IMG/VR virus record: IMGVR_UViG_2537562013_000016
Coordinates: 1 to 9,704 of that record
DNA from: a virus
Lineage: Duplodnaviria > Heunggongvirae > Uroviricota > Caudoviricetes
DNA: 9,704 bases
Strand: one strand, 5' to 3'
The notes beneath the pieces are model-generated. The model had not been told where the DNA came from and did not search any database. It was given only the letters and a program-made list of their open reading frames with translations. A program made the translations under genes and the position numbers. This document shows, in pieces, positions 1 to 5,307 of this stretch; positions within the stretch are counted from its first letter, which is position 1; every line of letters starts with the position of its first letter.

Positions 1-596
1 TCCTTCATTTCTCGACGTTTTGGCCTAATATTACTATGTAGTGTCATGAAATCACGAAGATATTTATTCATCAGTTCTGTATCTGAAATTGAACTATGGA
101 ATTTTATTGATGCAAAAATATTTAAAGAGGGAACAAACCAATAATAAGCGGGCTCACCCCATATAACATTTTCACCATCTAACTCTTCATCAGCACTGTA
201 CAAACGATCATCACTTAAGGCAGAGTCAGAGCGAATACCATAAACTCCATTCCCATTTCCAATTGCTCGCCATAAAATTACAACATAATCGCCTGTGCTC
301 TCGTTACGCTCAATTCCCTTCAAGTAAACTTTTTTCCTTGAAGAATACCCGGGAGTATTGTCATCCCAAAGTAATGTATCTGCCAATGAAGTCCTACTTG
401 AGAACCAAGTATGTAAGGACTCCAGCATATCGGCCATCATCAACGGCTCATAATATGAATCACCTCTCTTATGGAATCCTAATTGTTTATATTTGAAAAA
501 AGTGACCAGTCCTTCGCTCATTTGCGCACCATTAGTTGAAGTTGAATGCTTCGATTTTAGAGAAAATCTAACCAGAAGAAGATGTGTGATGAACAT
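1..596 (-). CDS. Hypothetical protein, N-terminal part only (runs off the left edge); AT-rich cargo gene in the psu/cos-to-int variable region
   Basis: My own minus-strand translation shows an open frame with no stop from ATG 596-594 (AAGGA 9 nt upstream) or ATG 521-519 down to position 1; protein begins MSEGLVTFFKYKQLGFHKRGDSYYEPL... Absent from the ORF track because it has no in-window stop. GC is visibly lower than the P4-like core. No motif recognised. Confidence 0.5.
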   Translation of the reverse strand, partial: MFITHLLLVRFSLKSKHSTSTNGAQMSEGLVTFFKYKQLGFHKRGDSYYEPLMMADMLESLHTWFSSRTSLADTLLWDDNTPGYSSRKKVYLKGIERNESTGDYVVILWRAIGNGNGVYGIRSDSALSDDRLYSADEELDGENVIWGEPAYYWFVPSLNIFASIKFHSSISDTELMNKYLRDFMTLHSNIRPKRREMK

Positions 597-634
597 TTAA
601 TCATGTCCTTAAATTAATGCAACCTTCGTGCGCA

Positions 635-653
635 GTGCTTTCCCCGCCTCGCC
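635..653 (-). other. cos: cos site: 19-nt P2/P4-type cohesive end sequence
   Basis: Plus strand reads GTGCTTTCCCCGCCTCGCC, the exact reverse complement of the P2/P4 cohesive end GGCGAGGCGGGGAAAGCAC as I recall it; located just past the 3-prime end of psu as in P4. Confidence 0.8.
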
Positions 654-756
654 CGCCCGCTTTGCAGGGCGGTTTTAATGCAGTTGCACAGACACGCTCA
701 GACCGCGCCGGGAATGGCGCGGTTTGCAGAAAATGAGGCAGGGAAACGCATGCAAA

Positions 757-787
757 GCCATGCACCTTATCGATGCATGGCTTTTTT
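757..787 (+). terminator. Intrinsic terminator-like hairpin between cos and the psu 3-prime end
   Basis: GCCATGCA (757-764) / TGCATGGC (774-781) 8-bp stem, 9-nt loop, followed by TTTTTT (782-787) on the plus strand; on the minus strand the same hairpin is preceded by an A-run and followed by TTTG, so it may also weakly terminate the psu transcript. Confidence 0.5.
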
Positions 788-817
788 CAGTAAAATCGGA
801 CGGATTTTCGGGGAGTT

Positions 818-1390
818 TTACACAGACTGATGTGATGCCAGTTGCGCACTTTTACGCGAAAAAATCATGTTCTGCGCAGGGGTGAATTTTTCACGGCTGT
901 CATCCACCGAAGCCGCGTCAGGCCTGAATCCGATGGTCGTTAAAATGTCGCTATCCTGTGCGGAATAATTAATTTTTTCCCCCTTCGCAAGCCAGGACAG
1001 AAGGGCTTCACGCAGGGCATCTGTGGCACGCTGTATGGCACAGTTTCGGGCAATGTCCGTCAGTTCACTGTAGCCCATCAACTCCGGTGCCAGTGCGGCC
1101 GCCATTACTGTGCCGTGCTGCTGCATAAAATCATTCAGCCGGTCGCGGATGCTGATGTGCTGAACGGCTTCATGCGAACGAATATAACGACCGGCGGCCT
1201 GATTCACCTGCCATTTTCTGACTTCGATAATATTGCGTAATTCGTCCAGGCGACTGACGTTTCTGCCTTCTCCTGACAGAAGCCGCAGGTATTCCTGTTC
1301 GGCCGCTGCCAGCTCATTTTTGCGTTGCAGCCATGCTGCTTTGTTATTCTGACAGGTGTCAAAGGCCTGCTGTAAGGCTGTGCTTTCCAT
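818..1390 (-). CDS. psu: Psu polarity-suppression / capsid-decoration protein (190 aa)
   Basis: ORF track 818..1390 (190 aa, same size as P4 Psu); N-terminus MESTALQQAFDTCQNNKAAWLQRKNELAAAEQEY matches my memory of P4 Psu; last gene of the sid-delta-psu order, next to cos. Confidence 0.9.
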   Translation of the reverse strand: MESTALQQAFDTCQNNKAAWLQRKNELAAAEQEYLRLLSGEGRNVSRLDELRNIIEVRKWQVNQAAGRYIRSHEAVQHISIRDRLNDFMQQHGTVMAAALAPELMGYSELTDIARNCAIQRATDALREALLSWLAKGEKINYSAQDSDILTTIGFRPDAASVDDSREKFTPAQNMIFSRKSAQLASHQSV

Positions 1391-1463
1391 CGTTATCTCT
1401 TTCTCATCATGCTGAAGAATAAAAATACGGTGTGCGGCGACGGCCGGTGTTAACCGGCAGCCC

Positions 1464-1964
1464 TCATTCCAGACGCAGCGAATATGATTGTGTTTTTAAG
1501 CGTACTGGCGGCAGTTCCTGTTTTTCATACAGGCGTTCTGCCAGTTCGTCCGGCGTGACCGGGCGGACAATGAAACGGTTGATGGTCTGAAGCGTTTTAA
1601 ACACCAGACCACAGCCCGGATCCGTGCACACATAAAAACGCTCGGTGACTTCCTGAGACAGACGCCGCGATGTTCTTGACAGTGCAAGGCCTTTACATCT
1701 CCGACAACAATATCCGGTAACAAGCATTCTTTTCGGGCGTTTCATACTGCCGGAGGCTGACGTCAGTGAATCGCGGTATCTCTGTTTGCCTGAAATGTAT
1801 TCCATTCCTGAATCTTTACTGTCAGAGAAAAAGCTTTCACTCGCTTCAAATGTCGCAGAGCAATAAATATTCCGGCACTGTGCAATCATTATCTTGGTGC
1901 CATCGTCCATGAAATGTGCGCGACGGGTGTGAGCAACATGTCCACACGACGGGCAGTAAATCAT
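1464..1964 (-). CDS. delta: Delta late transcriptional activator (duplicated Ogr-type zinc finger, 166 aa)
   Basis: 166 aa as in P4 Delta; two Cys-rich repeats (CPSCGH...CRNIYC and CCRRC...CTDPGC) typical of a fused Ogr dimer; ATG 1964-1962 overlaps the sid stop 1963-1961 (ATGA overlap, translational coupling). Confidence 0.9.
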   Translation of the reverse strand: MIYCPSCGHVAHTRRAHFMDDGTKIMIAQCRNIYCSATFEASESFFSDSKDSGMEYISGKQRYRDSLTSASGSMKRPKRMLVTGYCCRRCKGLALSRTSRRLSQEVTERFYVCTDPGCGLVFKTLQTINRFIVRPVTPDELAERLYEKQELPPVRLKTQSYSLRLE

Positions 1965-2695
1965 GACAGCAGCCCTCTGGCCTTAAGCTCTGCTCCCTGC
2001 TGGTCTATTTTGTCCTGCCACACCTTGCGCTGTGCCGGTGTGCCTGCCACCTCATAATCCATGTGCGGAAGTGTTGCCGCTGACAGTCCGGTCAGCCGGA
2101 GAACCGGCTCGCCGGTGAGGCTGATTTGCATCTGTTTAATTTTCTGTTCCAGCGATGATTTCACCTGCTGCATGACAGCCTTTTCCGGTGCGACGTAGCC
2201 CTGATGGCCGGTGGTGTTGGCGAGCGGATTTTCCTGTACCAGGATACTCAGATGCATTGCCCGGACAAGCGCCTCACAGGTTTCATTCAGGGCGTGTTCC
2301 AGCTCATGCTCTGCATACAGACTCAGAAGGTGATGATGTGCCTTCCGGTAGGCGGTGGCCGTACTGTCACACGCCCCTTTCAGGCGTTCACGTTCGAAAT
2401 TCAGCACCACGGCCAGATTGTCATATTCCTGTACCAGCTCCCTGCGTGCCACGCGCTCAATGTGGCGCTGTTTCAGCTCGTCGCTCAGGACACCACCGGC
2501 TGCACGAAAGGCCGTGCGCCAGTCGTCAGCGTCGTTTCCGTCGGCCTGCGCCAGCGCATTTTTTTCCTGCTCTGCCCGTTCAATGGCCGTGACGGTCTCA
2601 TCCATCAGGCGGGCGTTCTCAAGATGGGCGGCTCTGGCCTTTTCCAGTTGTGCCAGCGCGGGTTGCAGATATTCAGGGATGGTGTTGTCAGACAT
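1961..2695 (-). CDS. sid: Sid external capsid size-determination scaffold (244 aa from ATG 2695; track ORF starts at GTG 2713)
   Basis: ORF track 1961..2713; the ATG at 2695 has a strong GAGGAG Shine-Dalgarno 7 nt upstream and gives 244 aa, the size of P4 Sid; first gene of the sid-delta-psu operon downstream of two Delta-type sites. Confidence 0.85.
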   Translation of the reverse strand: MSDNTIPEYLQPALAQLEKARAAHLENARLMDETVTAIERAEQEKNALAQADGNDADDWRTAFRAAGGVLSDELKQRHIERVARRELVQEYDNLAVVLNFERERLKGACDSTATAYRKAHHHLLSLYAEHELEHALNETCEALVRAMHLSILVQENPLANTTGHQGYVAPEKAVMQQVKSSLEQKIKQMQISLTGEPVLRLTGLSAATLPHMDYEVAGTPAQRKVWQDKIDQQGAELKARGLLS

Positions 2696-2729
2696 TTTCC
2701 GGCTCCTCGTCACTTCAGGTTAAGAAAAT

Positions 2730-2785
2730 TGTGACGTACACCGGACAACAACACGACGCATTGCAGATGTGCCAGCCCTGACACA
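2730..2785 (-). promoter_or_regulatory. P_sid-type late promoter region with two Delta/Ogr binding motifs (TGT-N12-ACA)
   Basis: TGT(2730-2732)-N12-ACA(2745-2747) and TGT(2768-2770)-N12-ACA(2783-2785). Relative to a predicted minus-strand start near 2721 their centres fall at about -18 and -55, the arrangement I recall for P4 Delta-dependent promoters. Confidence 0.6.
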
Positions 2786-2864
2786 GGAGACTCATCCTCA
2801 GACCGGCAAGCCAGGAAAAGGTCGCAGGAAAAACCGGCTTACTGTTTGTTTTTTTATATTTTAC

Positions 2865-2968
2865 TGTTCACCTCTGTTCACCTTAAGAAAAAAGATAAGT
2901 AATACAGTAAGTTAAAGGTTGAACAATAGCAGTAATGACTGTTCACCGTCTGTTCACCACTGTTCACC
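2865..2968. repeat. ori-like iteron cluster: five direct TGTTCACC octamers plus one degenerate inverted copy, flanked by an AT-rich tract
   Basis: TGTTCACC at 2865-2872, 2875-2882, 2940-2947, 2951-2958, 2961-2968 (the last three at 10-11 bp spacing); GGTTGAACA at 2917-2925; AT-rich stretch 2979-3060 directly downstream (possible unwinding element). The same octamer fills the crr-like repeats after alpha. Confidence 0.7.
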
Positions 2969-3126
2969 CGTTGATGGACTTTTTGTGCTGTTTATTACTT
3001 TTTATTTTTATTAATTCACTGAAATAAATAAGAAAAAACAATTTGTATTTCACTATAAAAAATTCCAGGTCCTTCAGAACCCTTTGAGACCCTTCCAGTC
3101 CGGATGGATAAAAAACACACAGCCAT

Positions 3127-3144
3127 TGTAAGGTTGCCGGAACA
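3127..3144 (+). promoter_or_regulatory. Delta/Ogr-type site of a P_LL-like late leftward-operon promoter upstream of vis
   Basis: TGT(3127-3129)-N12-ACA(3142-3144); predicts a plus-strand start near 3190, about 395 bp upstream of the predicted P_LE start, matching the P_LL to P_LE spacing I recall for P4. No clean second site found at -18. Confidence 0.45.
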
Positions 3145-3246
3145 AATTCCCCCTGTTGCGTCTGCTGAAAATATTCACAAAATAAAGCGCTACCCGAAGC
3201 CGGACGGACTTATCCGGTGCTGTATGGACATTAACGAGGTAGCCCG

Positions 3247-3513
3247 ATGCAAGCTGTTTTTTCTTCCCCGTCTCCCGCCCCTGTTACGCCACTGATGCCG
3301 CTGCCGGACATCACGCAGGAGCGTTTTTTACGTCTGCCGGAAGTGATGCACCTGTGCGGCCTGTCACGCTCGACCATCTATGAACTCATCCGTAAGGGGG
3401 AATTTCCGCCGCAGGTGAGTCTTGGCGGTAAAAATGTGGCCTGGCTGCACTCTGAAGTCACCGCATGGATGGCCGGGCGCATTGCCGGACGCAAACGGGG
3501 GTACGACGCATGA
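3247..3513 (+). CDS. vis: Vis / AlpA-family excisionase-like transcriptional regulator (88 aa)
   Basis: ORF track 3247..3513; GAGG 8 nt upstream of the ATG; protein contains the AlpA-family helix-turn-helix signature [48 protein letters not shown]. Confidence 0.85.
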   Translation: MQAVFSSPSPAPVTPLMPLPDITQERFLRLPEVMHLCGLSRSTIYELIRKGEFPPQVSLGGKNVAWLHSEVTAWMAGRIAGRKRGYDA

Positions 3514-3548
3514 TGATGCCCGCTCTGCAAAAACTCCCTTTTTCTGGC

Positions 3549-3578
3549 TTGCCTTTTTCCGGCATTTGCGGATATAGT
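3549..3578 (+). promoter_or_regulatory. Strong sigma70 promoter, candidate P_LE (early/immunity promoter)
   Basis: TTGCCT (3549-3554), 17-bp spacer, ATATAG (3572-3577), with TATAGT as an alternative at 18 bp; predicted start near 3585; lies just after the vis stop. Confidence 0.6.
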
Positions 3579-3641
3579 TTTTCCGCTGCCGCAAAATCGG
3601 CAGCCGGGCGTGAGAACCCGAGCAATTCACAGGCGACATAT

Positions 3642-3663
3642 GACGCGCCACGCGTCTTTTTTT
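3642..3663 (+). terminator. Intrinsic terminator-like hairpin about 60-80 nt downstream of the P_LE candidate (leader attenuator or 3-prime end of a small immunity RNA)
   Basis: GACGCG (3642-3647), loop CCA, CGCGTC (3651-3656), then TTTTTTT (3657-3663); plus-strand specific. Confidence 0.5.
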
Positions 3664-3695
3664 GTGTCGCAATCAATGCCACAGAGCGCCAGATT

Positions 3696-4109
3696 ATGGT
3701 GTGGTGTGTGGTCAGTCGTGCAGATGGCATTCCGTGCATCCTGCCCGCGTCCGCTCATTATGCCGCAGAGTCAATGGTAGCTCAGGCGGGGCAGCCTCCG
3801 GGCTGGCCGGTATCCTGTGAAGCCGGTATTCTCACCCCCGTCTGGGCTATCGCCATCGAGCGTGAGAACTCCGGCGATAGCGTTATTTGCTATTCACAGG
3901 AGGCTGCCATCATGGCTACAACCCTTACCCCTTCACACCCTGAATTTGTCTTTGTGTTTGCGGCTGTCCGTCGCGCAGACCGTCATCCCCGTATCTGCAT
4001 GCTTCGCACCGTCGCCGGTGATGAACGCAGCGCCCGCCGTTCCCTTGTCCGTGACTATGTGCTCTCCCTTGCTGCCCGTCTGCCGGTGGTGGAGGTGTCC
4101 CGTGCGTAA
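3696..4109 (+). CDS. kil-region ORF of the immunity/early operon (137 aa from ATG 3696; nested 65-aa ORF from ATG 3912 with a strong ribosome-binding site)
   Basis: Same frame and stop as track ORF 3465..4109, but 3465 and 3510 lie upstream of and within the P_LE promoter and leader, so the first plausible start is ATG 3696. AGGAGG (3898-3903) sits 8 nt upstream of in-frame ATG 3912. Nested in-frame starts fit the kil/eta arrangement I recall for P4; start choice is uncertain. Confidence 0.45.
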
Positions 4110-4389
4110 TAAAAAAGCCCCTCAGACCGTCTCAGCACGTCATGACGCCCGTGAACACCTCAGCATTGAGGCTTACCATAAGCTCAACCGCGCCAGCGCC
4201 GTATCCCGGTTTGTTGGGGGTGATTTGATTCACCGTGAACTCTCCGGCCTGCATCAGCTCTACATTCCGCATATTTTCAGCTACCTGAATGAAGATATTG
4301 ATTTTGTGCTGAATGAGCTGAAAGCCAAAGGCCTGTGCCGCGATTTTCTCGCCCAGCAGAAAGACCGGGGAGACAGGACGCATGTTTGA
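4102..4389 (+). CDS. eps: Epsilon-like protein (P2 prophage derepressor homologue), 95 aa, GTG start
   Basis: Distal 95 codons of track ORF 3817..4389; GGAGG (4091-4095) 6 nt upstream of GTG 4102; no methionine codon anywhere downstream in this frame, so a non-ATG start is required; its stop overlaps the next ATG (4382). Assigned by position and size only. Confidence 0.55.
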
Positions 4390-4837
4390 TTTTCCCCAGC
4401 CCGGTGAGATTTACCGTTCTGCCGGTTTTCCCGATGTGGCCGTGGTCGGCATTCTGGAAGACGGTATTCCGTGGGAAATGCCGTCCCGCTGCCCGGACAT
4501 TGTCTGGAACCCGTACCGCCGTAAATTCAGTATCCTTGTGCGTATCCTCGCTGACGGGCGCACCACAGACATCCCGCTGGGGCGTTTTCTGCGGGAATTT
4601 ACCTGTGACCGTCCTGACCTGTTTAAACGCAGCCCCGTAAACCGGCATGCGGTACTGAAAGAAATGGCCGGAGACCCGGAATTACAGAAATGGCGGGAGA
4701 AATATCTGGATATTTACCCGCAGGACACTGTTCCGGCCAGCCGGGCGGCACCGGTGGCGCGGGAATGGCGGGAAATTCCCCGCACGGAGCCTGACCCAGA
4801 AATCACCCCGGATAACAGTTACCGCAATTATCTGTAA
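4382..4837 (+). CDS. Conserved P4-family hypothetical protein (151 aa; orf151 equivalent)
   Basis: ORF track 4382..4837; translationally coupled to the upstream ORF; position between eps and alpha and a size matching the P4 orf151 I recall. Confidence 0.7.
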   Translation: MFDFPQPGEIYRSAGFPDVAVVGILEDGIPWEMPSRCPDIVWNPYRRKFSILVRILADGRTTDIPLGRFLREFTCDRPDLFKRSPVNRHAVLKEMAGDPELQKWREKYLDIYPQDTVPASRAAPVAREWREIPRTEPDPEITPDNSYRNYL

Positions 4838-4910
4838 TTAAAAAACGACACCCGAAAAATTAAATGTGCGTATTCGCGCAGGGATACGCACGTCTTCAGG
4901 AGACGCAGAT

Positions 4911-4976
4911 ATGCCTTATCAGTTAATGCAACCGGCACGGAATGCAGTCATCTGTCACAGGGAGGAAAGCAAATGA
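4911..4976 (+). CDS. Possible small ORF (21 aa, [21 protein letters not shown]) coupled to the following gene
   Basis: AGGAG (4898-4902) 8 nt upstream of ATG 4911; stop TGA 4974-4976 overlaps ATG 4973 of the next ORF; preceded by hairpins at 4866-4891 and 4891-4905. Below the ORF-track length cutoff. Confidence 0.25.
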   Translation: MPYQLMQPARNAVICHREESK

Positions 4977-5293
4977 AACCCCCCTTACCGCCCGTCTTAC
5001 GCGCAGCCCTTTACCGTCGTGCTGTCGCCTGTGCCTGGCTGACCGTGTGCGAACGTCAGCATCGCTACCCGCATCTCACCCTTGAGTCACTGGAGGCGGC
5101 CATCGCCGCTGAGCTGGAGGGCTTTTATCTGCGCCAGCACGGTGAGGAAAAAGGGCGTCAGATAGCCTGTGCCCTGCTGGAAGATTTAATGGAATCCGGC
5201 CCCCTGAAGGCCGCGCCGTCGCTGTCCTTTCTCGGGCTGGTTGTGATGGATGAACTCTGTGCCCGTCACATAAAAGCGCCGGTACTGCACTGA
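4973..5293 (+). CDS. Conserved P4-family hypothetical protein (106 aa; orf106 equivalent) immediately upstream of alpha
   Basis: ORF track 4973..5293; GGAGG (4961-4965) 7 nt upstream of the ATG; ends 15 bp before alpha. Confidence 0.7.
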   Translation: MKPPLPPVLRAALYRRAVACAWLTVCERQHRYPHLTLESLEAAIAAELEGFYLRQHGEEKGRQIACALLEDLMESGPLKAAPSLSFLGLVVMDELCARHIKAPVLH

Positions 5294-5307
5294 AGGAGAA
5301 CAACACC

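Noticed and set aside
263-496. 77-aa plus-strand ORF
   Set aside because: Antisense to the longer uninterrupted minus-strand cargo gene; AT-rich sequence readily yields such frames.
1-596. Calling the left-edge gene a retron component or a named defence protein
   Set aside because: A selC-integrating P4-like element recalls phiR73 with retron Ec73, but the visible residues show no reverse-transcriptase motifs and no msr-msd structure is in the window, so no specific assignment is supported.
1443-1458. Palindrome GCCGGTGTTAACCGGC between delta and psu as a terminator
   Set aside because: No adjacent T-tract in the transcribed orientation; psu is expected to be co-transcribed with sid and delta, so at most a weak pause or processing site.
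2188-2734. Plus-strand ORFs (134, 176, 122 aa) inside sid
   Set aside because: Antisense to the well-supported sid gene; Arg/Ala/Pro-rich translations typical of spurious frames in GC-rich DNA.
3104-3295. 63-aa ORF overlapping the vis start
   Set aside because: Spans the predicted P_LL promoter and start site and overlaps vis out of frame; no ribosome-binding site noted.
3465-4109. Track ORF of 214 aa starting inside vis (or 199 aa from ATG 3510)
   Set aside because: Its first ~60-75 codons run across the strong promoter, a hairpin and a terminator-like structure. The same frame from ATG 3696 (or 3912 with a strong ribosome-binding site) is more plausible and was annotated instead.
3817-4389. 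Track ORF of 190 aa
   Set aside because: Its first half overlaps the kil-region ORF in another frame with no ribosome-binding site; only the distal 95 codons from GTG 4102 were kept as the eps-like gene.
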